Origin: a bacterium
Lineage (GTDB): Bacteria > UBP6 > UBA1177 > JAGLDR01
DNA length: 51,221 bases
Assembly (NCBI GenBank): GCA_023145475.1
Contig: JAGLDR010000027.1
Coordinates: 1 to 51,221, forward strand
Reading direction: 5' to 3'
Both the position numbers and the translations under genes were made by a program. Position 1 is the stretch's first letter. Each line of letters starts with the position of its first letter. The notes under the pieces are model-generated. The model was not told the origin of the DNA, ran no database searches, and saw nothing but the letters and a program-made list of their open reading frames with translations. Shown here one piece after another: positions 1 through 9,020 of the stretch.

Positions 1-248
1 GAACAGGAAACATGGAAATCCACCTTGACAGAAAGTTGATGGAAAAGAGAATTTTCCCTTGTTTGGATATCAACAAATCAGCAACAAGAAAAGAGGAGTT
101 GCTGCTTGATAAAGATGTACTTAATAAAGTATGGATTCTTCGTAAACTCCTTCACCCACTCAATGTTATTGACTCTATGGAATTTATGCTCGACAAGATG
201 GGCAAAACCAAGAGCAATGGTGACTTTATGAAGGCAATGAACGCATAG
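1..248 (+). CDS. rho: Transcription termination factor Rho, C-terminal part (5' truncated by window edge)
   Basis: TGNMEIHLDRKLMEKRIFPCLDINKSATRKEELLL...WILRK matches the conserved Rho C-terminus; frame is open back to the window start. Confidence 0.95.
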   Translation, partial: TGNMEIHLDRKLMEKRIFPCLDINKSATRKEELLLDKDVLNKVWILRKLLHPLNVIDSMEFMLDKMGKTKSNGDFMKAMNA

Positions 249-268
249 CTTTATCCCCTGATTTCGGA

Positions 269-309
269 GGTGTCAAACCGACGCACAAATAGTGCATCGG
301 AATGACACC
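269..309. repeat. Palindromic dispersed repeat, copy 1 (REP-like hairpin)
   Basis: ggtgtca-aa-ccgacgcac-aaata-gtgcatcgg-aa-tgacacc; the 32-nt core 272-303 is identical to 19366-19397. Confidence 0.85.
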
Positions 310-321
310 GTCACTTTCTAT

Positions 322-348
322 TAGGGCGCCCACAAGGAGTGTCCCTAC
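322..348 (-). repeat. GTAG-type REP-like palindrome
   Basis: Minus strand reads GTAGGGACACTCCTTGTGGGCGCCCTA: GTAG tetranucleotide followed by an imperfect hairpin. Confidence 0.55.
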
Positions 349-409
349 TTGTATTTCCTTTTATTATCAATATAATCCTTTTGACTGTAATCTTTTGTGA
401 GGCATTACC

Positions 410-1744
410 ATGAAAAAGCTCCTACTTATCGCACTCCTATTCACCCTTTTTGCATCTCTATTGGCCGATGATTCTTGGTTTATCATAAAACCAGGGAAGA
501 TGGTCAGTAGCGGTGGATTTATGTCAATGGCTGCAGGCTCACCTACGGCGATGGTAACACTGGGATTCTATGAAGATTCACAAGGTAACGGTAAGCTCGA
601 AGGGATGTTTGTCAACGATGGATACAACTTTTATCCTATCCCACGAGAACTTTCAGGATCAGATATTATGACTGAAGGTTTTCTGACAAATACAATTTTT
701 ATGGACAAGGAGAATATCGGCGGTATTCGCGAGAAATTTGAAGGTTCAGGACTCAATATGACACTGGTTACCGCGTTTGTTACCTCCAATATTTTCACTA
801 TGCATATGTTCAATATCGTTCATGTTTTTAACCCTAAACCTCAGATTTCTGGGGAATCGATGATCTATCGCAATGGAACACTCTATGTTGGAACCTCTGA
901 TGGCTCAATTCTTATCAGTAGCGACAGTGGGAAAACATGGGCATCACACAGGATTTGCACAAGTGATGAGGTAACTATCGACTCTATCTTTGCTTTAACT
1001 GACACACACCTTTTTGCAACTGGTGGAGCAAGCGAAGATGATGTAATGGAAGAAAAAGTCACAGTAAAGCCACTTGGTGGCGTATGGGAATCAACTGATG
1101 GTGGCAAAAACTGGACAGCGTTAAAAAATAATATGGACATTGTCCCTATAAAAGTAGTGGTAACACAGACGGGGACAATCTTTCTCAAATATATGACTGA
1201 AAGAGATCTCAACAGTGCTCAAAATCCTCTCCCCTCAAATATTGGAACAAGCAATGACAAGATGGCAACATTTGAAGAATATTTTACTCCATCACTGAAC
1301 ACAGGAAAAAATGTGGCAGGAGTAAAAGATATGGCCTATAACAATGGAATTCTTTGGCTCGTCGGTGCAGCAGGAGATTTTGCACCACTAACTGCCCAAT
1401 CCACCGATGATGGTACAACATGGATTGAGTACTTCTTACCACATCTTGGAGATGGAATGATGGTACAAGCAGACACTATACATATCTTAGATAAGAAACA
1501 TGTATATGCTGGATTTACCAATACTGCGATTGCAAAATTTGGGGATATCAATGAGGATTACTCCGCAATTCCTGATGACCCTCCAGAAACAAGCGATGAT
1601 GACATCCAAATACTATCAGACAGCGATACAGCAATAGCCGTCGATGAAAATGAAAATACAGATAATGAAACAGTCGATAAAGAAAGTGAAAATCCGGACA
1701 CTTCACCACTATCAGATAAGGGATGTAGCGCCCTCTTTATTTAA
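410..1744 (+). CDS. Secreted BNR/Asp-box beta-propeller protein with acidic stalk and C-terminal GCSALFI tail
   Basis: Signal peptide MKKLLLIALLFTLFASLLA; Asp-boxes SSDSGKTW, STDGGKNW, STDDGTTW; D/E/S/T-rich linker; ends DKGCSALFI. Confidence 0.75.
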   Translation: MKKLLLIALLFTLFASLLADDSWFIIKPGKMVSSGGFMSMAAGSPTAMVTLGFYEDSQGNGKLEGMFVNDGYNFYPIPRELSGSDIMTEGFLTNTIFMDKENIGGIREKFEGSGLNMTLVTAFVTSNIFTMHMFNIVHVFNPKPQISGESMIYRNGTLYVGTSDGSILISSDSGKTWASHRICTSDEVTIDSIFALTDTHLFATGGASEDDVMEEKVTVKPLGGVWESTDGGKNWTALKNNMDIVPIKVVVTQTGTIFLKYMTERDLNSAQNPLPSNIGTSNDKMATFEEYFTPSLNTGKNVAGVKDMAYNNGILWLVGAAGDFAPLTAQSTDDGTTWIEYFLPHLGDGMMVQADTIHILDKKHVYAGFTNTAIAKFGDINEDYSAIPDDPPETSDDDIQILSDSDTAIAVDENENTDNETVDKESENPDTSPLSDKGCSALFI

Positions 1745-1850
1745 GAGCTTAAAACCTTAAATAAAAAATTGCTTTCTCCCTTTAATGTAATACAATAATA
1801 ATGTTGCTTTTTTAGCAATTTGTAAGAAGTATTGCAGGAGGTATCGCTAC

Positions 1851-2435
1851 ATGACTTACTTACCACTTTCGTACATGCTTGGCTCAAGAGCAAAAATTGA
1901 CATCTTGAGAATTCTTGTCAACAAGCAGAATTACACTGGGAGAAAAATCGCCACTTTGAGTAGCACTAATCCCAATTCAAACAAAAAAGCCCTCGACTTT
2001 CTGATGGGTACAGGTTTGGTTGTCAGAGAACACATTGGCAATGCATTTCACTATCGTATCAACCAAAAACATTTGCTGTACGATTCAATTATCACCCTAT
2101 TTAAGGAGGAGGAGAAAACAATTAATCGTATCACAAAATCTGCTGCCGCCTTTATTGAAAATTATGCACCAAAAACACTTGCAGGATTCATTACACATCT
2201 AAAGAATGATGTTATGCTTACATTGCTTGCTCATAATTTCCCTACTGAAGATTTGAAAAAACACATTTTTGAAAACACTGGCTTTCTCGTACAAGTTCGT
2301 TTTGTTGACTCTTTTCATCTTAAAGAAGAAAACACTCAGGAGTTTGTCGGTAGAAACTACTTCTGGAATAATTACAAAATTATTATGAAGATGGTTAACA
2401 ATGAACACCTTGTTAAAAACTTCTTTAGCTTTTAG
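1851..2435 (+). CDS. Winged-helix DNA-binding protein with uncharacterised C-terminal domain
   Basis: LGSRAKIDILRIL...TGRKIA...ALDFLMGTGLVVREHIGNAFHYRINQKH is a wHTH pattern; RBS aggagg upstream. Confidence 0.65.
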   Translation: MTYLPLSYMLGSRAKIDILRILVNKQNYTGRKIATLSSTNPNSNKKALDFLMGTGLVVREHIGNAFHYRINQKHLLYDSIITLFKEEEKTINRITKSAAAFIENYAPKTLAGFITHLKNDVMLTLLAHNFPTEDLKKHIFENTGFLVQVRFVDSFHLKEENTQEFVGRNYFWNNYKIIMKMVNNEHLVKNFFSF

Positions 2436-2446
2436 GAGAAAGAACA

Positions 2447-2863
2447 ATGAATAAAGCAAAACTCAATATATTGATTCTTGATGATGAAAAGCATATCACA
2501 GCATCACTGAAACGACTGCTAGAAAGCACTGGATACAATGTTTTTACAACAAATACATCTGACGATGCAATTGATATCGTTCGTAATAAAGTTATCCACA
2601 TTGCTATTCTTGATATTTTAATTCCAAATATGGATGGGTTGACAGTCCTCAGTATCATCAAAGAGATTTCTGGACTAACACAAGTCATCATGATGAGTGC
2701 ATACAGTACTGTTGATAGAATTGTTGCAGCACTTGAAAATGGTGCAAATGACTTTCTTATCAAACCTTTTAGCAATATCGAAGATTTGATTGATGTCGTT
2801 GATCGTTCAGCTGAAAAACTCGATCGCTGGAAAGACATTCTTCACACAACTGGAGCAATCTAA
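2447..2863 (+). CDS. Single-domain response regulator (receiver domain)
   Basis: ILILDDE, ILDILIPNMDG (phospho-Asp), MMSAY, GANDFLIKPF. Confidence 0.92.
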   Translation: MNKAKLNILILDDEKHITASLKRLLESTGYNVFTTNTSDDAIDIVRNKVIHIAILDILIPNMDGLTVLSIIKEISGLTQVIMMSAYSTVDRIVAALENGANDFLIKPFSNIEDLIDVVDRSAEKLDRWKDILHTTGAI

Positions 2864-2865
2864 TT

Positions 2866-4146
2866 GTGAAATCCGAGGCAACTTTACCTCACACTCGGCT
2901 TACTTATACATCACTGCAAGAGCTCTCTCTAACGCCTACTTTTGCCTCAGATTTCATCACGCAATTTGTTACTCTCCTTGAATATTCTGAAGGACTCAAC
3001 CCTTCACACTCTATTCGTGTTACTGTTATTGCACACTTTCTTGGAAAATATATGAAGCTTTCAGACGGTGAGATGAAAGAGCTCTTTTTTGCCTCTATGT
3101 TACACGATATAGGTGGCGTATCTCCTGAGCACCATGTTGTCAATAAGCTGATTGAACTGCCGGATGTTTTTGGTCAAAAAACTGATTTCTTTGCCTTTTC
3201 ACATCCCTATCGAAGCTACTCTTTGCTCTCTACATTTCCAACATTCCAAAATATCGCTGCAATTATTTTTGCCCATCATGAGTTTTTTGATGGCTCTGGC
3301 TACCCACAAGGAATAAAGGGAGAACAAATACCACTGCTTGCACGAATTATTCGTATTGCTGACACGGTCGATATTCTTATGAATATTCACAAATTCTCTA
3401 CTATTGAAGAGCTTCATGCACTTCTGGGATTTTCATCAGAAGAGGAGTTTGGCACAGAGATTTACAACGCATTTCTCACGATGCTGAAAAACAATGTCTC
3501 AATTACTGATTTATTAGATGCCGACTTTATTAATGACTACTTTTTTACACTCCAGAAATCTGTAGAAGATCGCTACTACTTCTCATCAACAGAGACAATA
3601 ACAAAGTTTTTTAGAATGGTAGCCACAATTGTTGACAACCTGACAAATCTCGATGCAACTCACTCGCTCCATATTGAGGATTTCGCCGCACGCACAGGAC
3701 TTTTACTCAAGATGACAACTCAGGAAATTATGGATGTTCGCTGGACAGCATATCTCCATGACATTGGTAAAATAGCAAATAATAGAAATATCTATAGAAA
3801 AAAAGAGAAGCTGACTGACGATGAGTGGGCTGCTATCAAACGCCATCCTATTACATCGTATGAATATCTTAATCGTATCGGTGGATTTGATAAAATTGCC
3901 TACTACTCTCTCTATCATCATGAGAACTATGATGGCTCTGGGTACCCTGAAGGGCTCGCAGGAGAGAGAATCCCGCTTGTTTCACGCATTATGCGCGTTA
4001 CAGACGCTTTTGAAGCGATGACCGCAGAAAGAATCTATAATCGTAGGCGCGATTGGCAAAGAGCATTAAAAGAGCTTAAGAAATATTCAGGAACACAATT
4101 TGACCCAATCATTGTTGATATGTTTGTTGCTTACTATACAACATAA
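2866..4146 (+). CDS. Tandem HD-GYP domain cyclic dinucleotide phosphodiesterase
   Basis: Two motif sets: LHDIG...HHEFFDGSGYP and LHDIGK...HHENYDGSGYP, ending GTQFDP; GTG start. Confidence 0.9.
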   Translation: MKSEATLPHTRLTYTSLQELSLTPTFASDFITQFVTLLEYSEGLNPSHSIRVTVIAHFLGKYMKLSDGEMKELFFASMLHDIGGVSPEHHVVNKLIELPDVFGQKTDFFAFSHPYRSYSLLSTFPTFQNIAAIIFAHHEFFDGSGYPQGIKGEQIPLLARIIRIADTVDILMNIHKFSTIEELHALLGFSSEEEFGTEIYNAFLTMLKNNVSITDLLDADFINDYFFTLQKSVEDRYYFSSTETITKFFRMVATIVDNLTNLDATHSLHIEDFAARTGLLLKMTTQEIMDVRWTAYLHDIGKIANNRNIYRKKEKLTDDEWAAIKRHPITSYEYLNRIGGFDKIAYYSLYHHENYDGSGYPEGLAGERIPLVSRIMRVTDAFEAMTAERIYNRRRDWQRALKELKKYSGTQFDPIIVDMFVAYYTT

Positions 4147-4164
4147 AAGCACTGAAGACTTCTA

Positions 4165-5682
4165 CTAGGGTTCAATCAATCTTCCAACATCCATCATCGT
4201 TGACTCCATAAAAACACCCGTTTCTCTGCCATGAAGTGTCGCACACGATTCATAGCCTCCGTCATCATACTCTTCAGGAGTAACAATATATCCCACATAT
4301 CCGTTAGCAAGAGTGAAGAGGAATATCTGATTAAAGCCCCGTATTCTCATCTTTTCTTGCACCAAAAAACCAATAGTTGAAGTCGGCTCACCAGGAACGG
4401 TAAGAATTGCCGTATCGTTGATTTTAATTGCCATAAACTCACCGATAGTTTCAGCAAATGTTGAATCAAGAGGAAGTGGATTAGCCTTCAGAATCATTGC
4501 AAGAGTATCATCACACGCTGAGTAGTTAATAGCGAGTTGTGGCAACTCTTTATATATAGTTTCTGCATGAAATGAGATTGTATCTTCTGTCTTTGTTGTT
4601 TTCCATATATCAGCAATAGAGCTGCTCAATTTTTCACCGACAATCTCAGCTGATGCAAAGCCAACTGTTGTATCTTCCCTCGGACCAACATCCCCCGCGG
4701 CTCCGCTGATAAACATTGCAACAACTCCAGGAAGTTTTGCCTCTAAAGATCGCTCTGTATATCCGACATTGTCTGCGGTAAACTCAAGATTACTCATTCC
4801 AAGCGTTGTTGCGTGTTGTGCAAAGTTATAGATAAGTGCTAATGGTTTGTCATCTATCGTCTCAAACTTAAAAAGAGCAAATTCCTGATTGATAGGAACA
4901 TTTGTATCTCTACGATTCCTAGAAACACCTGTTTCAGTGCCTGTATCAACCCCATACTTAGCGGGAACTTTTGCTGTGTCGGCTGCTTTTATCGATGCAA
5001 CAATGTTTGCAATAACATGGTCATAAACTTCTTGACTAAAATCATCTACCGCGGCAAATTGCCAAAACTTCTTCTCTGTCAAAGCACCAGGACCACTGTG
5101 GGTATGAATTGCCGAGAAGACCATATTTTCTCGTTGTAAACCATTTTCTTTAAGATTAAATACAACGGTATTAATAATACTATTGGTAATTCCAATGGTA
5201 TCAATGCTTACAAATGCTAATTTTTGTGAGGGTTCATCTTTCATTTGAACAACAATTGATTTGACTCGAATGGCATCATGATACCCTGTTCCAGGTCTAA
5301 ATTGATTGCTATAACCCTCTTTCGATGGAAAGGTCTTTCTCCTGTCTACCCCACCATATCCCGCAATCGGAACGCCAGTAAGCGTAATAAGTGGCCTCAC
5401 ATCTGCGCCAACAAGAAAAGGAAATCGCATCACTGCTGGAGTATCAGGCACTTCAGCATTATCTTCATCTTGGTCCTGCATTTCGTCAACGAGAAGAGAA
5501 TCACTATCAACCAGAGGAGCATCGATATCAGGTCTATTTTTGTCCACATCACTCTGCTCAGAATCTTCATCAACTCGGATAGTTTCGGTATCGTCATCAT
5601 TTGCTGAATCTTGAGCAATCTTATCGCCACAACTTATAAAAAACAGCACAACTATCACGGCAAAAAATGTTTTATTTTTCAT
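4165..5682 (-). CDS. Neutral/alkaline ceramidase-family lipoprotein
   Basis: Start reassigned to MKNKTFF at 5682; lipobox FISC; motifs AGYG, SAIHTHSGPG, NFAQHAT, GAAGDVGP, VPGEP, LANGYVGYIVTPEEYDDGGYE. Confidence 0.85.
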   Translation of the reverse strand: MKNKTFFAVIVVLFFISCGDKIAQDSANDDDTETIRVDEDSEQSDVDKNRPDIDAPLVDSDSLLVDEMQDQDEDNAEVPDTPAVMRFPFLVGADVRPLITLTGVPIAGYGGVDRRKTFPSKEGYSNQFRPGTGYHDAIRVKSIVVQMKDEPSQKLAFVSIDTIGITNSIINTVVFNLKENGLQRENMVFSAIHTHSGPGALTEKKFWQFAAVDDFSQEVYDHVIANIVASIKAADTAKVPAKYGVDTGTETGVSRNRRDTNVPINQEFALFKFETIDDKPLALIYNFAQHATTLGMSNLEFTADNVGYTERSLEAKLPGVVAMFISGAAGDVGPREDTTVGFASAEIVGEKLSSSIADIWKTTKTEDTISFHAETIYKELPQLAINYSACDDTLAMILKANPLPLDSTFAETIGEFMAIKINDTAILTVPGEPTSTIGFLVQEKMRIRGFNQIFLFTLANGYVGYIVTPEEYDDGGYESCATLHGRETGVFMESTMMDVGRLIEP

Positions 5683-5729
5683 AGAAAAAGCACCCCTTTC
5701 AAAAACGATACGCCACACGATGCAACATA

Positions 5730-5757
5730 AGTATACTATGCTATTCTTTTATTGCAA
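5730..5757 (-). promoter_or_regulatory. Putative sigma70 promoter for the ceramidase gene
   Basis: Minus strand TTGCAA-16 nt-TATACT. Confidence 0.4.
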
Positions 5758-5794
5758 ATCTACTACACGAACCTATCTATAGAAAAAAGCTTTT

Positions 5795-6133
5795 TTATAA
5801 CTTCCGAAGAGGTTCTCCGGCCAGAAAATGCATATGAAAATGAGGAACTTCCTGTCCTGCATCTGAGCCGTTATTAACTGTTAAACGGTACCCTGATGCC
5901 ACAACATCTAACTTTTGAGCTATTTTTTTTGCCAAATCAAAGGCGGCAGAGAAATGTTCCATCTCATCAGCAGGAATATCTGAAACAGTCGCGATATGTG
6001 CCTTCGCAATAATGAGGAGATGAATTTTATAAAGTGGAGAGATATCTTTGATTGCAAAAAAATATTCATTTTCTGCTATCACTTCAGAAGGTATTTCGCG
6101 AGAGGCGATTTTACAAAAAATACAGTTATTCAT
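5795..6133 (-). CDS. hinT: Histidine triad nucleotide-binding protein
   Basis: MNNCIFCKI start; GQEVPHFHMHFLAG histidine triad; overlaps the recJ stop. Confidence 0.9.
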   Translation of the reverse strand: MNNCIFCKIASREIPSEVIAENEYFFAIKDISPLYKIHLLIIAKAHIATVSDIPADEMEHFSAAFDLAKKIAQKLDVVASGYRLTVNNGSDAGQEVPHFHMHFLAGEPLRKL

Positions 6134-7871
6134 CCTCTGTCTCACTACTTAATCTAAAATCCTTTATATAGAGTTGCAACGCCACATTGCCACCCCACAT
6201 ACTGATACGAGGATAGTAAATAATATCGATATAATCGCCTACTTTCGGTGGCGAGACATCGTTGTGCAAAAGTCCATAGCCAATACTGTTATAGCTAATC
6301 TTATGCCCTTCCATCTCTAGTTTCCAATGAATGTGAGCCTTATTGATTATACTCTGTTTAGTTATCACAACTTTCCGTGCTAGAAAATTCGGCTCAGGAT
6401 TATTCATCCCATACGGTTCAAGTTGTGCAAGTCCTACAACCTGCTCTGGAGAGAGTTGATTCAATGGAAGTTCGGCACTGATTTCTATAACATTTGGAGA
6501 GTCATCATCAGTTATTGCAAGTTTTACACCTTCATTAAATCTATCTGCAAACTCTTTGATATTGTCTTCGGCAATTGTCATTCCTGCAGCAAATTTATGC
6601 CCACCATACTGCACCAAAAGCCCTGACCATTTTTCAATAATATTATATATATGCACATTTCTTGCACTTCTTGCTGAGCCTCGACCAAGTCCACTATCAA
6701 TCGAAATCATAAGCGTTGGCATCGCATATATTTCAGTGAGACGACTTGCAACAATACCAATAACACCTGGATGCCACTTTTCTGATGCCAAGACCAACGC
6801 TGATCTCGTCTCATGAAGTTTGCCATCCTCAACCATTTTCACAGCCTGCTCAAAAATATCAGCCTCGAGCTGTTGACGATACTCATTGGTAAGGTTCAGC
6901 TCCTCAGCAATATGTCGCGCCTCATCAATATCTTCACTTAAAAGCAGGTCAACACCCTTAATAGCGTTTCCTATTCTTCCTGCGGCATTGAGTCGTGGCG
7001 CCATTTTATAGCTGATAACCGTTGGCGTTATATCGGCAAGTGATTTCACTCCGCAAATTTGTGCTAACGCTACCAAACCTGGTCTGTTATTTTTGACCAT
7101 CTGGGCCAACCCATACTTTACAAATATGCGATTAGACTCTTGCAAGGGAACCATATCCGCCACTGTTCCGAGAGCGACAATATCCATATAATCAAGAAGA
7201 TTTGGAAGTTGACCTTTAAAAAACCCATCTTCATCGACCTTCTTTTTAAGCACCATCAGCAGAGAGAAAGCAACACCAACTGCCGCCATATCCTCAAAGG
7301 GATATTGACACTCTTTTTGGTGAGGATTGACAATAGCAACAGCATCAGGAATCTTCTCCCCAACATGGTGATGATCGACAACAATGACATTCATACCAAG
7401 ATTTTTTGCGTATTCAACCTCTTTCCAGCTGGTAATACCGCAATCAACCGTTACGACTAGATTCCCACCATCTGTTGCAATCTCTTCAAGCGTATAGGTA
7501 TTAAGTCCATATCCATCTTCTAAACGCAGAGGAATATAGTAATCAACATGAGCGCCTAGCAAGAGAAGAAACTTATACATAACAACAGTCGAGGTAATAC
7601 CGTCTACATCGTAATCACCATAGATAACAATCTTCTTTTTTGTCTTAATGGCATCAATAAGAATGAGAGAGGCCTTTTCCGAATCATGCAATAAAAAGGG
7701 ATCAGGAAGTGCACGCAAACGATTCTGCAAGAAGAGACTAGCCGACTCAACATCATCAAGAGAACGATTGACAAGAGCCGCCGCAACAACATCTGATAAC
7801 CCAAGTGACCGAGCAATATGGGCTACACTTTGCGGGGCGGGGTGTAAAAACTCCCACTCCTTTTTTCTCAT
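6126..7871 (-). CDS. recJ: ssDNA-specific exonuclease RecJ
   Basis: YGDYDVDG, TVDCGI, DHH, ALGTVAD, PRLNAAGR, GHKFAAG. Confidence 0.96.
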   Translation of the reverse strand: MRKKEWEFLHPAPQSVAHIARSLGLSDVVAAALVNRSLDDVESASLFLQNRLRALPDPFLLHDSEKASLILIDAIKTKKKIVIYGDYDVDGITSTVVMYKFLLLLGAHVDYYIPLRLEDGYGLNTYTLEEIATDGGNLVVTVDCGITSWKEVEYAKNLGMNVIVVDHHHVGEKIPDAVAIVNPHQKECQYPFEDMAAVGVAFSLLMVLKKKVDEDGFFKGQLPNLLDYMDIVALGTVADMVPLQESNRIFVKYGLAQMVKNNRPGLVALAQICGVKSLADITPTVISYKMAPRLNAAGRIGNAIKGVDLLLSEDIDEARHIAEELNLTNEYRQQLEADIFEQAVKMVEDGKLHETRSALVLASEKWHPGVIGIVASRLTEIYAMPTLMISIDSGLGRGSARSARNVHIYNIIEKWSGLLVQYGGHKFAAGMTIAEDNIKEFADRFNEGVKLAITDDDSPNVIEISAELPLNQLSPEQVVGLAQLEPYGMNNPEPNFLARKVVITKQSIINKAHIHWKLEMEGHKISYNSIGYGLLHNDVSPPKVGDYIDIIYYPRISMWGGNVALQLYIKDFRLSSETEDE

Positions 7872-8998
7872 TTTTTATGACCTTGCTTTTCAATATATTT
7901 TTCAAGAAGAATGGTAACTGGTGTCGCAATAAAAATTGACGAATAGGTACCAATCACAACACCGATAGTCATCGCAAGAGCAAAGCCTCGGATAATACCA
8001 CCACCCCAAATCAGTAGGGCAACTAAAACAAAAATAGTCGTTGCTGATGTAAGAAGTGTACGATTCAGTGTCTCATTCAAACTGGTGTTAATCTTCATCG
8101 TGAGATTTGCACCTTTATTTGGATTATCCATATTCTCTCTGATTCTATCGTAAACAACAATTGTATCATTCAGAGAGTATCCAACAATCGTAAGCAGTGC
8201 AGCAACAATCGTCAAATCGAAGGTAATTCCAAGCAAAACAAAGATACCAAGCGTAATTGAAACATCGTGAATCAACGCAACAACAGCACCCGGAGAGAAC
8301 TGATAGTTAAAACGCAAAGCGATGTATAACAAAATGGCAATCAGTGCATACAAAAGCGACATAAAGGCATCAACTCGAAGTTGTTTTCCAACCTTTGGAC
8401 CAACTGCCTCAAGACGAAGGAGTGTCGGCGCAACCTTTAAAGTAGTCGTAAGTGAAGAGATTAACTTGTTAGAGATACCAACCAACAAAATGCGGTAAAT
8501 ATATCTGTCACCCATCTGCTTATATTCAATTTTTCCAGCAAGAGGCAACTTGTGTTTTTCGCCAACTGTTTTCAGCATTGTTTGATCAACACCTTTGTCA
8601 AACCAGAGCTCTATTCTATCGCCAACTTCACTGTCATAGTGCTTGTTAATCAACTTGGTGCCAGCAATTTTTGACTCAACATCTTTGATGTAAGCCTTAA
8701 TTTGCACATCATTAACAAGAGATATCTTGGGAAGTCGAATAAGAAATTCATCAGATTTCCCTTCAAACTGTTGAATCTCCATCTTTCCATACTCTGAAAG
8801 TGCTTGGCGAACTTGCCCAATTGTTGCACCATCTATACGAACTTGCAACTCTGTTCCACCTGCGAAATCGACACCATAGGTCAACCCCTTCACAAAGAAG
8901 AGCAAGAGGCTCAAAGTTACGATAACAGCCGAAATTATTCCAAAGGTCTTAAACCAACGATAAAAAGGAATAACTGGCGTCTTTTTAAACAATCTCAT
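7868..8998 (-). CDS. secF: Protein translocase subunit SecF
   Basis: GVDFAGGT, VGPKVG, GYSLNDTIVVYDRIRE, GTYSSIFIA. Confidence 0.96.
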   Translation of the reverse strand: MRLFKKTPVIPFYRWFKTFGIISAVIVTLSLLLFFVKGLTYGVDFAGGTELQVRIDGATIGQVRQALSEYGKMEIQQFEGKSDEFLIRLPKISLVNDVQIKAYIKDVESKIAGTKLINKHYDSEVGDRIELWFDKGVDQTMLKTVGEKHKLPLAGKIEYKQMGDRYIYRILLVGISNKLISSLTTTLKVAPTLLRLEAVGPKVGKQLRVDAFMSLLYALIAILLYIALRFNYQFSPGAVVALIHDVSITLGIFVLLGITFDLTIVAALLTIVGYSLNDTIVVYDRIRENMDNPNKGANLTMKINTSLNETLNRTLLTSATTIFVLVALLIWGGGIIRGFALAMTIGVVIGTYSSIFIATPVTILLEKYIEKQGHKK

Positions 8999-9020
8999 TA
9001 TCTATCTCCTTCCTTACAGC

